In this document: positions 51,508 to 64,000 of the stretch, piece by piece
Position numbering within the stretch: the stretch's first letter is position 1
How the letters are laid out: each line of letters opens with the position of its first letter
Notes under the pieces: model-generated
The model's database searches: none
What the model saw: only the letters and a program-made list of their open reading frames with translations
Told to the model about the DNA's origin: nothing
Made by a program: the position numbers and the translations under genes
Source of the DNA: Tubiluchus corallicola
Lineage: Eukaryota > Animalia > Priapulida
Direction: 5' to 3'
NCBI GenBank assembly: GCA_030141605.1
Contig: JAQGDQ010000302.1
Coordinates: forward strand, 186,001 to 250,000
Length of the DNA stretch: 64,000 bases

Positions 51508-54500
51508 CTTAAAAACTTCAACACATTATTGTTCTTTTTTATATATATTTAAAAGCATACAATGTCTTATTAGTGTACAGATGAAGCATGCTTTCCAGTA
51601 ATTTGACAATCAACAAGCAAAGAATAATTTTTAAGCTTTGGAATTCTTCAGTTGCATATACCCAACCATCTAGCTGTCATTAAACACACTGGTGACAAAA
51701 AAGTAGAACGAATTGTCCAGATAACTGACAAACCGTGATTTTTTTCTACAAGGCACATAAAATCATTCAACTGACATCACTAGCATCAAAAGTAATTATG
51801 GTATCACAGCTATTACACACAACTTATTACTACAAATATAACAGAGCTTTCCTTTTTGAAGTATAAACGCTTAAAAATACTGCCACACTTTGTAAAAGTA
51901 GAACATAGAATGTTAGTGTTTCAGCTGCTCTGTGTGTGACATATACTGCTCAGCAGCTGTAGCTTTAGTTCTCAAAGTGAGAACAATAAAGTGTATGTTC
52001 TCGGCTGTGTCGGATATTAAAATCCATAAAGGGAGTGTGTAAAAGTACCGCAATCATTTTAATCCTCTCACGAGTCGCTAGACATAAATTTTTATCAAAT
52101 TCGCTTAATTGTTAATTGCAATAACAAGCACTCTCGAGACAAGCAATAACATCAACTTCTAAAAGCATTTGTAAGAAGCTCAATAACAAAGTAAGTCGCA
52201 AGTTGGCATCCGTTTCCAACCAAACTCTAAAAAATAGTAACCCCTTCCATGCAACAGAGCTGCTTGAAAAGGATGAGTACGTAAGTTTTACAGGCATGAT
52301 TTCCTATTGTATATTAACACTTAAAACATGGTATGCTTTCTGATGATAAAGAGTTATTGTAAATGATAAACTCTAACTTTAATCTCTCTTTGTAGATTTG
52401 CATCTTGGTAAAAACTAAATATCATGTAATTACGTATTGGACCATCTCAGTTTTTAAAGAAGCTGCTTTATATTAAAAAACTGGATGATACTACATTTCT
52501 ACCAAAATTCCTCTAAAAGCAACTAAAATTAATTTCAAACAAAAGTCGTAATCATAATAAACTTGCTGTGAAAATATAGATTTACAATGTAGCTTCAGTG
52601 AACAACACTGTAATTACTTTGTAAGCTAGGCCTATTGGCGTCTCTTATTTTCACAAATGCAGAAAGCACACGGAAACAATAAGAGAAACTGATACAGAAT
52701 TGCCTCTACTAATTTTATTTCTCACTTTAGCCTTTACCTACAATTGAAATAAAAATTTAACAAAAATTAAAAACTTATTAATAAAGTAACAAATGTTTAT
52801 ATGATTCTATTGTGCAACACAGCTTGCAAGCAGTGATTAGTAATAAGCCTTTAATTATTTATTATCTTAATTGCAAGATTATCAATTAACGATAGAATAA
52901 ACCTACATTTAATGCAAAACATGATTGAAAAAAAATGTAGACGAATGTGAAAACAGCTTGGATTTGGACCAGGAATCTTCAGGATGCAAGTTTAAACTTT
53001 TCATCATGCTAGATCATGCAATCCCTGGTGAGGTTGTCATTAACGTTAAAATTTTGGACTTGATACAAAATTTGGCATGCACCACTTACAATAATTACTG
53101 AAATGACAAAAATAATTGCGGCTGCAGCACCATAATGTACTAAATATTTTACATCAGTGAACAACATTAAATTCTGCTTCACTGCATTCAAATTATTTCA
53201 GCGCAAAAACTAATTTGTTCCTTTATTTGTTAATATGTTTTGTGTGTTGGAATTAGCCATACATGAAAGCAACAAATAATATCGTAGGCAACAAATGACA
53301 ATACGAAAGGTGCACCATCATGTTAGTTCAAAATGAAAATTGGTTTTCAGCTTTGTAAAAAGCCACAACTTTCAGTGACTAAAAAATATGCTGATCTTTG
53401 TCATTTTAAAATTTGTTTGGGGCAGTCATTGCTGTAATTGTGGCTGCAAATGACAGAAAAACTTTACTTGTGCAGTTAAGAGAATTTAACTAACTTCAAT
53501 ACAAATTTTATTCAAAACAAAAATATTTGTATTGTAAAAAAAACTTTAGTAAACAAATACTTAGAATTATTCATTAGATTAAAATTACTGTACCTGATTT
53601 AACATAATATAATCAAATCTTAGATAAAATGTGTGGCAGCTAATTTAAACAATTTTTCATATAGCTACGCAAGCGTTCAATTTTTGGAGTTATTTTTTGA
53701 GCTTGATTCTAATGGTGCAAATTCCAAAATGGCCTGGCATCATAGGATACAAACACTAAATCACTAACAACAGCACAAGCCTCCTTTTGACTGAGACAAG
53801 TTTTAACTCAATCCTTATAGGTTACTAATCATTTCCCAATGTTAGTTTACTGATGAATGCTAAAGTAAAGGTCTAGTAGTCTACGGTACTGAGTTTGTAA
53901 CTGAAAGATTCTAGATTGAAATCAAGATTTTCCTTTGGACATAATTGAATTAAAAACACTTAATAAACTGTGGTGGGTTTATTCGTCATCATGCACAGTC
54001 TTTGCCATTGTAACTACGCAATTTAATTATAAGCAAACGGAATGTTTTTGTTTTTTATCTTGCAAATCCATGCCAGGCTTAAATTAATTTCTCCACTTTC
54101 AACTTCTTCGCTTTTATCTGCAATAATTCTATGAAAAAGCAGAAACCTGTTCTGCCAATAATGTATGATTGTCTGCCAACGAATTACAAAACAAATCATT
54201 GTAATGATTTTTAATTATACATATTTGATAGTGTAAATCTATACTAATATTTAGTATTAACCACGATAAATTGTGTATTATTGTTCAATGTCTAATAGTT
54301 TCTATTTAATAATTTATACTGTCTAATTTGCAATAGAATTGGGCTGTTTTCACCAACCTCAACTTTTTTGTGAAACTGGATTAAAACAAATAACATCTTT
54401 TCGACGTTTGCTTCAAATTCAGATCGATTTTATCGCGAGCCGACATATAATTCCAACATCGAAATTATAATTTTATAACAAGTAGTTGTATCTCCTACAT

Positions 54501-54565
54501 CGAGGACATGTTCAGTTTATTCAGCAAAGACTTTCAGAACAAATAAATGAATTTGCATAATTTAC

Positions 54566-54689
54566 CTAATGGCAGTTCAAAGCGTGCATCAATAAGAAGC
54601 GTGAATCCTGTTGGAGTGTGTGTGCCAACAACCTCTCCACCCCTCATCACTAGCTCAGCATCCATAGACAACCATCTACCTTGCCCTTC
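54566..54689 (-). CDS. unc-13: unc-13 coding exon, end of C2A ([41 protein letters not shown])
   Basis: 124-nt exon, tttttcAG / GTaaat, phase 0 to 1. Matches Munc13 EGPGEWLTLD...GTKDPT.H.ILLD..FELPLD. Lies within ORF 54534..54863. Confidence 0.96.
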
Positions 54690-55131
54690 CTGAAAAAATA
54701 AGTATAAAGTTAAATTGTACAAAGAAGTTGAACAGACACATAATTTGAGCTTGCTGTTGAAGTGATGAAGGTTGATCAGATAAAAGAACATAGGAATTAT
54801 TTGGACAAGAGAAGTGTTTACAGTGTAGGGAGCGCTCTTAAAATCACTTCCGAGTTTCTCCACTATGTGTTTACACCATACTGAGAAAAAGTGACGGTCA
54901 AGTTCTGTAAAAATGCAAGCTGTAACAGATGTAAATACTGAGACACACTGAATTAATTAACTCTTCAAAGGAGAAATGAAGAATTGTGATAGAATCAACT
55001 TCTCAATTTTTAACTTTTGAATCTAAATTAGCATTATTTCTATTCTTCTGTCACTTGCCACATCTAAACCACCTGATATTCTTGCAGTGCTTTAGAAGTG
55101 CAAGGTTTATTACCCTTGAATCATCTCTCAC

Positions 55132-55249
55132 CTCATTAGAATGTGGTATCTTGATCAGTGGAAGCCAATGATAACCTAGTAGCTTATCCCACAACATGCC
55201 CTTGTTCCATAATTCGATGATAAGACCCGCGTCCAGGCGATTGGTTTCA
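55132..55249 (-). CDS. unc-13: unc-13/Munc13 coding exon, C2A domain ([40 protein letters not shown])
   Basis: 118-nt exon flanked by atttcAG and GTgaga, phase 2 to 0. The translation matches the recalled Munc13-1 C2A segment [32 protein letters not shown]...SNE. It is absent from the ORF track. Confidence 0.96.
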
Positions 55250-55472
55250 CTGAAATGGACAAATCAGATGATAATATTGCCAATAAGAAACAAAAAACAA
55301 ACTTGTAATGCCTGCAATAAACTTCAAAACTCCATAGTGAAACTGAAAGTAGGTATTACATGTTTAATGTAACTAATTCTTGCAGGAACAATGGACTTGA
55401 AATTTTACACATCTGAGTCGATTAATGCCATAGCACTAAAAGTGAGCAGGTGAGCAAACGCAGGAACTAGTT

Positions 55473-55530
55473 ATCACTCACCTCAAGAGAATGTGGTATC
55501 TTGATCAGTAGCAACTAATAATAATCTAAC
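55473..55530 (-). pseudogene. degenerate partial duplicate of the 3' end of the C2A exon, including its donor site
   Basis: ctcacctcaagagaatgtggtatcttgatcagt aligns with ctcacctcattagaatgtggtatcttgatcagt at 55127-55159. The Trp codon TGG has become TAG. Confidence 0.8.
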
Positions 55531-56379
55531 CTAAATCTCAGATCAATTTACAAAACAAAACTAAATCGTGCATGTGCTAAGCTGAAATGGAGATTAAAGC
55601 TCCAATGAATGTGCCCGTGAAGCAACCATTATGGAAAGACTACTAGGTCAGAGAGGAAAAACAATAAAAACGTTAGACCAGATGAAGATTGGTTGGCTTG
55701 TAAATCACCCTAAAATCCCCCCGAACAATAATCCTTTTCATGACACATCAGCCCACATAGGATCATGTCTAATAAGGAAGGTCTAATAAGTATGGAAAAA
55801 GACTTAGCAAATCAAGAACACCTGTTACAACAGTTCCTTAGGGGAATGAGAGACACAAACTAAAAGAATGAAATACTGTCTGGTACACGACTGGGATTCA
55901 TAATATTACAGTGATATTGTCTGTGGGTGGAAGATAATTAGCAGATCAGGAACACCTCTCCTGAGGTTCTTTCATAATACTAGAGCTATTGCTTGATAAA
56001 CGTCCATAATAGGACTGCAAATACTGCAGCTGCCATAAGAAAGACAGTCAAGAAAATTCAATAAACTCACACCACCAGAGATGTTACGCTGTTTACTTTA
56101 CGCAAAACTCCTCAAAATTAAATATTTACAATCTTTGTAATAATACTGTCACTGTCAATGTCATGCTCTTCACCATTTCGTCGAGAGGAATGTGATCTAT
56201 GCCAGAAAAACAACTCAAACTGCATACTGTGATAAAAATACAAACTAAAAACACCAGACATGCAGGAAAAAATGATGAAAAATGTGTGATGTGATCAAGG
56301 TCGAACAACCACACAAAAAAAGATAATGGCTCTTACTTGACTCCCTGTGTAATATTTTGCCATGCCTTCACAGCATTCA

Positions 56380-57000
56380 TTCATTGTACATTAGTTATCA
56401 GCCACCACACACACGTTCACTGTACACAGCCAGCTTTCATTCACTTATTCATTTTTTCAACACTTATAACAAATTTCCATTTAATATATCCAGTTTTCAC
56501 TTCATTCACTGCACCTAGCTTTCATTCACAGCACCTACCTCAGCTTTCACTCACTAAATGGATTCACTTTGTAGCCCAGCTTTCATAATATCTTCCTTTA
56601 ATAAACCGTACTTAACTAGCATTCAATACACCCAGTTTTCATACACCGTATCCAACTTTCACCTATACTACATAGTTTTCTTTCAGGGTACCCAGTTTTC
56701 ATTCACCTTACTTATGTTTCACTCGCTGTATCAAGCCTTCACTCACAGGATCCCATTCGTTTACTGAATCCAGCCAGGTTCAACTTTCTGTTGAATATAC
56801 CAGCTTTCACTTACCAAGTACCCATCTTTCATTTGCTGTACACGATCATTTCACTGTCTGTACCTAGCTTTTATTCACTGTACCCACCCCTTTCCTTCAC
56901 TATCCTAGCTTTCATTCATTGTAGTAATTGTAATCACTGTACGGTCTTGCACCCAGGTTTTATTCACAGTACACAAAATTCATTCACCATGAATGTACCC
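56380..57000 (+). repeat. degenerate ~20-bp pyrimidine-rich minisatellite
   Basis: Recurring cccagctttcattcactgta variants. Confidence 0.7.
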
Positions 57001-57769
57001 AAGAAAAGTCAGTAAATCAGTGACTTTTAAAATGGACCGAACAGTTCTGAAGGCAATGCTATTTGCACCTTTGCACAAGCAACCTTAGCATACCATCATT
57101 AGCAAACTATCAATTAATACAGGTCATCCCAGAACAACAAAATTTTAATGCAAGGCAACAGTCCTTACTAATGTTGCATTAACATTATTGCAAAGTTCTG
57201 AAAGTTATGTTTATAATTGATTCAGCCGACTGCAACCCTTCTGCCTTGCAATTTTTGATATACTTATGTCATATCATAAGCAATCATCCTAAGTAAAATT
57301 AATGTACAGCACTACATAGTTGTTTGCATGGCACTTGTTAAAATGTGGGATACCGATCTGAGATGCTTCGGGCTGTCTGTTGTGTATCCTCCCTCTAAAC
57401 GTCACAGCAGATAAAGGGACATATTATACGTCTACTTTGTGTTTACCAGAACTCTCTCAGACACACTTAAATGAGCAAGCCTATGTGTTATGCTTCACCT
57501 ATTTACATAATTTTTAATTAATTAATATATAGATTAGTTTTATCTACTAACTCTCATTTATCTTTTATAATTTACTGCATGCAACTAACTATACAGATGC
57601 TAAAATTGAAATTGAAATATAATTATAAAAGTTTGCTTTACAAGCATGTAAAGCATTCAAAGAAATCAGAAAAACTGAAACATTCAACTGTTTAACAATA
57701 TTAGGTAAGATCTCAAATCAAATCCAAATGTTGCATTAGTACTAACATACAATCAAACACAAAATCCGT

Positions 57770-57970
57770 TTTTGAGTTTTTGGTACGACTCAGCCAGAAA
57801 TTGAACACATGCCTCTGCGGTGGAGAGCAAGTGCTTACCATTTAGCTACAACACACAATTTAATGGGATTCTGCTTACATAATTACGAACTCACAAAGAA
57901 ACAACAATATCCATGGTAATGCTCACTTCTGCTAATATGATTCACGTATTAGTATATTAGTGGAGTTTTG
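57770..57970 (-). mobile_element. composite repeat (palindrome remnant plus tRNA-SINE-like head), inverted copy
   Basis: The reverse complement aligns with 58570-58770. A-box-like TAGCTAAATGG. Confidence 0.65.
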
Positions 57971-58571
57971 CCATTCAAAATGTCCAGCAGACAACTTTCA
58001 ACTTACAGATCTCGCAGAAGAAATCGCAACTAAGTAATACATGAAAGAGTAACTGTTTTAATGCACCAGAGGGAATACCAAATTGTGCTAATTTCTTGGA
58101 AGGGATAGCAAAACTTGTAAATGTCTCACTGCACTTCCAGTGTTAAGTTACTTCACTCAATTTAAACCCATCCACATAAGCAAAGTGACTAAAATCGCTA
58201 CCTCGCGATTATAAGAAGTACCAAAAAGCATACGGAAATGTTCTTTGAAGTTTGAAACTTCGGTAATTTTTCACTTTTGTACAAGTCTCATGAATACGTC
58301 ACAAGACAGAATTGATCAATACAAAGAGGTTCAATATAAATAAGTGGCAAATTTCAGCATCCAGATGATTAAATTAACAAAATTCAGAAAACCCGCAATA
58401 AAGTATCAACTTATAGAGAAACAAATGTATGCAAAAATTTTGTTCTGTTTTGGTACTACTTTTGGTAGTGTATGTCAATAATTTTTAGGTATGAAATTTT
58501 TTTAGAATTTTTGAGATGCTTTGTTTAACTAATGAATGGTGGGAATTTTGATTGCTAATCACAATCTCGTG

Positions 58572-58790
58572 CGGCTATGCTCACTTTTACTAACATGATT
58601 CACGACTCGTGAATCGTCTTAGTAAAAGTGAGCATAGCCGTGGGTATTGCCCTTTCTTCGTAAGGAGAATCCCATTACACTCGGTGATATAGCTCAATGG
58701 TAGGTGCTTGCTTTCCCCCAGGGAAGCGTGCATTCAATTGCCGGCCGAGTTACACCGAAAATGGTAGGTTGCGCTTCGAACCAATATGCG
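58572..58790 (+). mobile_element. composite repeat: 69-nt hairpin followed by tRNA-SINE-like head
   Basis: Hairpin at 58572-58640. TAGCTCAATGG A-box at about 58690 and a degenerate B-box ATTCAATTGCC. Confidence 0.65.
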
Positions 58791-61004
58791 GCTGATAATG
58801 AACTTAAAAGGAGAAATGTATTGGGTTGTTATGCACTTAAGCAAGTTTATGTTTATGGCTGGAGTTTAGTTGTTGCAAAGAAACTAAGAAGCATTTGCCA
58901 AGAAGTAGAACCAACATAAAATTTTTGAGCTTTCCAAAAAAGTATTTGGCAGAAAAGTAATTTCAACAGCTATTATAAGAATGAAGTTACTACAGACGTA
59001 ATTAAAAATTACCAGCACATTTCAAGTTAAGATTACTGCAGGCAGAATATGAGCCTGTACAAAAATGAATTGGCAGATCCTTTCCTCACACATCCCCACA
59101 TCTCTCTCACACCTATTTCCCAAGTTTATAAATTACATGCAAGAAATAAAATATCCACAGACCACAGTCTTTGAGTCAGATAAATATTCAAATTATTCCA
59201 TTTTTCAAGTTAGACACATAAGACATATCTCTAACTCTTCAAGCTACCTCACTTTAAATGAAGTTGTTGGTATCATGGCATGGTTGAGAAATCGCTTGGT
59301 TTTCAAACGACAGAACGATTTTTACAAATTTGAACATAAAACTGATGGATGACGGCTTATTAATAAAACCGTCTGACCTCACGGGACGCAAGGCACTTCA
59401 AAAACGGACAGTGATGTGAATGAATCCAGAGTTTTCAATTAAAATGAATGATTGAATTGCACATATCACTCTCATTTGTCTCTTATTGAGTTATAGCTTG
59501 GTGGTGATGCTGAAAATGGCATTAATTATTTCTCTTACATTCTGTTCATGATCAGCATGGTAGTGATGTAAAAAAAGATTGCATAATCATCTTTTTAAAC
59601 TCGTAACAGGACAGATCTGACTCTTGGGACATTTTCATTTTCAGTGGATGCACTGATCATTGTAAATATACACGTTGATTTTGTACATACGCCAAATATT
59701 GGTACACACACCATATATATTCCATACACCAAATGGTGCTAACCAAATATTGATTAAAATGCATATCTTACTGGATGCATTGCATAAGGAATTCCTTAAA
59801 ATACATATTCATTCCATAAAAAATGCCTATACATACAAGGATCGTGCATTCTTAGGCACCTAAACTCTCACTTCATGCATAAAAGCAGCTGTAAAATCTC
59901 AGATTGTTTAAACTATACTGTACGTTTTTTATTGCCATTTGCTATATTCCATTTATCAACTGTGCCACCATTATAGTGAGCTCTGGCCATTATTTCAGTC
60001 TACAAAGACTGAAATGCCTAATAATTTATGAGTTCCCTAGTGACAGGGCTATGCACTGCAAGTCACAGACAATTACAGTCGTCTATGATTACACGTTCTG
60101 CATCTGCCACACAATGAATAAATCGTGCACACCAAGCTTTGCAGGCACATAATACGCTTAGAATCAGAACTGATGATTAATTAATTCATCTATCAAGCGC
60201 ATCACTATGGTACACCTATGTATAGAATAGTTGTCGATATTGGCAGGTCGTGGGCAAAGTCGTTGAGAGTCTCTTTGGCAACATGATTACTTGTTGAAGT
60301 TGCAAACACCCTGAAGGCTATGCTGAATTCTCAATTATCTAATGGCTGCAATTCTTTAATAACAAAATAATCAGAAAAGTAAAAGATGATTAGAAAAAAA
60401 TGTAAGCCATTGTCACGAGTGGGATTGTCATTTGCTCAACAGGAAATGCTCCACGCAGCTGCACGCAAACTGATTATCCATGAAAGAAGCTCCTAATGAA
60501 CCTTGCTGCAAATGTCCCATGTATCAGGTGTGTAAGATAGTTGCCGGATTGATGCTTAATTGCGATTATTCAACAACCTTGTTGCTTTTGGCAAGTTCAC
60601 AAAGAGAATCCAACTAGGCAACATCGGGGCATTTGCCCTTGCTCGACGTCCCTACGGCCTTGGCCCACTGATCTCGGATAGCACCAACATCGAATGGCAC
60701 TGAATCTGGTGGTGATGATGATGATGATGAGTGCAACTGGTACTAACCTTGGCAGGCTGTCAATCCAGATGTCAGCAAAGTTTTGAATCAAAGACTTTAT
60801 TTGGCTTTGCTTGTATGAATTGTGACTGTTAGATTCTGTCCTTGTAAATTTGTGGGCTTGAAATAATGAACTCGTGGTTATGTAGCAGCAAGTTTCTTTC
60901 TTAGAATATTCCAAATAATGTAGTTCCTTTTTTGTAACCAGCAGTGACTTCAGTTACATAGGTCTCCTATTCAGAATTTGTCTTATTATGTACATCATTA
61001 CATC

Positions 61005-61005
<1 letters not shown>

Positions 61006-61077
<72 letters not shown>
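61006..61077 (+). repeat. compound (AAT)n(AAG)n microsatellite
   Basis: Seen directly in the sequence. Confidence 0.95.
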
Positions 61078-61079
<2 letters not shown>

Positions 61080-64000
61080 GAATAAACCGTTAATGTGAAT
61101 CTTAATTATTTTGAGCAGCATGGAAGAGTTTGCCATCAATATGTTTGCCCATGCTAGCAGAAAGAGGTGTAACAGATAACAGAAATCATTTTTCCTTACA
61201 ATTTTACCGCAGATAGCAACACAAACATTTTGTTTTTCTACATGGCTGCTCATGCGGGGTACACACATGCTCATTAGTTTTTGTGACCTTCGATGTAAAT
61301 TAAGTGGAGCACGGCCAATCTGTAAGTAAGGCACATGACCTAGAAAGCTGATCAGGCCTTTTTAAAGATGTTAAAGAATTTTCCTTAGCAAAACGTTCAT
61401 AATAAGCTCATAGCAGATGTTCTGTCGAAATAATATGACACAACTTAAAATAAAATCTCAACACTTATCCTGATTTTGCAGAAATATTAGTATTATAATA
61501 CTCCAACCAACAACTAGCAACAAACAATTGCAAACCTCACTACGGCAGATAAAATCTTCAAACTAATCTCACAGTATGAGAACATTTCAAGCTTTTGTGG
61601 CATCTGGGGGTTCATAACAATTAAACGGGAATTAAAAGAAATGTAATTCTTACATTACACTAATGGGAACATTGCAGAAGATGACAGGTAATGATTTTCC
61701 TCTGAAAAGCAGGACATGCAGTTAGATCAATGGCACTTATGACAGTAGCCATACAAGCACAGCAAATTGATCTTAGAGCTTATATACCTTTAGCGGGGAA
61801 CTACTTAAGTATTTACCGATAGATTTCATTATGTGGATTAAAGACACGTATGCCTAACTCACCATATATATGTGATTGCATAGATAATAGAAATACCATT
61901 CCATTGCATACTTTTTTATTGTTGTAATATGGCAAAGAAGAAATAACGTGTCATTCTAATTTAGTGAAAAAACTGACATGGCATGTTTATATGGTACATT
62001 AAACCTTCTCAGTTGTATGATTATAATTATTAGTGTCTGTAATAACTAGTCAAATTGTTTTTGTTATTTTAATGTAAGATTGCAAACACTTTTATGTAAT
62101 GTATTTGTTTCATTGCCATTCTTGGCGCTCTTGTATGGTACTCTTGTGCCGAAAAAACAAAATCATTCACATATGTGCATGAAATGATCATTCTTACTTT
62201 GGCATACATATGATTCTACATGAATTTCAAAGGTAAAATGTGCACACAATGGTAAGACTTCTGCAAGTACTGTGTATAACAAATGAATGGCAAGCCGTGA
62301 GTAACTGTAGTGAAAAGTTCTCGTCCACGAGAAATGTAGTAGCTCACACCAAAAGAGCATTTTAATGACTTGAAAGAGCTACTTTTCCCTAAGCTTTGAT
62401 TTAAACCCAAAATTTTATGTTATGAACAATATGTGTATGGGCAGTACTGCTATTTACAGCAAACTTTCCAATGATGGTAAATGGACTAGGAGCCGTTTTG
62501 TCAGATTCTGGTGTATTGATCACCATAAGTCATTTGACGAAGTTTAATTACTAAGCTGGTAAAAATTTTAATGGATTCAGTTTCTCAAATTCATTATTAA
62601 ATTAAATTGTGGTTTTATGTGAGGGACTACAGACAGAATCTTGCATCAACCAATGATCGAGTGTTTAGCCTGCAAGTTAGCTTAAGATTCATTGAATTGT
62701 TATCGTCTGCTCAACACTGCTCACTCACAAGCGATAAAGATCCAATTTCCCAGTCAACTAGACCATTGAACAATCTCATTCATACGCTTTACACAGCGCA
62801 ACTCAAGCCATCTTAAGAAGTAACCGAATTAATAAAGCCAGCGAAAGGAAGAGGTTATTAAGGTAATACAATCTATGCTACCCAAGCCAGTGAAAATGAG
62901 ACAGGACCTAATTGCAGTTCAGCTGAACTACATCAGTCGGAACTGAAGCTGTGTGTGCCCAAGATATTTCAATGCAACTAGCAGCCAGTAATGTTTTACT
63001 ACAAGCTGGGTGGCTAGGATGCTTGATCAATAGGTCTGACAATATTTGCAGTCAAGACTGAATCAATACACATTTGCCAATATCCCGAATTAGCTCTGAA
63101 GAATATAGTGAATGCAACCAGATATAAAGGCTATCCACCGAATCAATCTGACACTATCTTTGTGTATATTGAAGCACACAATATTGGCCAAACACAATAT
63201 GGTGCAGAAACTGACATTCAGCATTTTCCAAAAAGTTAGTTGGTTTAAAACCAGCACTTTGGTAAAACTTGATCAAAATTGTGACACAAGTCAATTACTC
63301 TTACAAACAAAAATATGTGAAAAAATTAAAATGAGGGGGACTTCTAAACAAACAAACTATGCTTATAAATAGAAAAAAGTTGTTCATAGTATATTTAACC
63401 ACAGAGATTATTACTTTTAGCAACTTCTTCACTTAATTACACACAAGTTGCAAGGTCATTTCAAAAATAAAGAAATAAAGTTTAAAACAAGGATACAGGT
63501 ATATATTTAAAAAACAATCATGTTTGTTTTGACTTTCTGACTATAGTTTGATACAAATGTAAGATTGTGGTTTACAAAAAAAACTATCAAATGAATAACC
63601 CGTGATCAGCTCTATATTTTTGGTCCATCCTGGTATAAATTATTTTATTTTATTTTTACACAGATTGCAAAGAAGATTGTAAAGTTAATCAGAATCAGGA
63701 GCATTTGTTTAGCTTTAAAGGAAAACAGGATGATTTTTCACATACTGCTCGATTTTCAAGTACGGTAAAAAGAATATGTTTTAGCACATATCATAATGTC
63801 AAAGTGTTCCTGATAATTAAATAACAGCTGAAAAATTTAATCAACAGCCGGCAATCATAGTAAGCGATCACGTCAGACAATTTTCACATCAGTAATGTAC
63901 AAGCTATCAAATGCCAGCCTAACCACAATGTTATATTTTTAAAAAGCAGTTTCAAAGGATAGGGAGTAGAAACTGTGGAAGCAGCTGCAATTATTGACAA

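Noticed and set aside
58683-58760. tRNA gene
   Set aside because: It has an A-box-like start but no complete cloverleaf or proper T-arm, and it continues into SINE-like sequence.
60590-60960. ORF 60597..60914 as a gene
   Set aside because: There is no coherent product. It faintly resembles a decayed LINE endonuclease region, but the evidence is too weak to call.
55250-64000. Upstream C2A exons (KFNTYVTLK...WEQDF)
   Set aside because: Searched by eye on the minus strand and not found; presumed to lie beyond the window end.

Overview
This is AT-rich, intron-dominated animal genomic DNA, probably invertebrate. It is not prokaryotic: I see no operons, CRISPR arrays or rRNA. The window lies inside one large minus-strand unc-13/Munc13 gene (synaptic vesicle priming factor). 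Seven phase-compatible GT-AG exons (55249 to 31166) splice into one open frame. That frame covers the C-terminal two-thirds of C2A, the SEDSDYTSD...N.SVHQY linker motif, a 222-codon acidic exon and the calmodulin-binding motif (AKIRWLEAYNKVCSQLSE). The first C2A exons should lie beyond position 64000 and the C1-C2B-MUN-C2C core before position 1. The >30 kb intron after the CaM exon holds the most interesting signal: a likely alternative first exon (10889-10440, 150 aa) with its own CaM-type motif and a phase-0 donor, a second candidate first exon, and several frame-preserving micro-exon candidates. The rest consists of hAT and Kolobok-like MITEs, Helitron-like elements, LINE/SINE remnants, satellites and palindromes. 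All calls were made by eye; no database searches were run.
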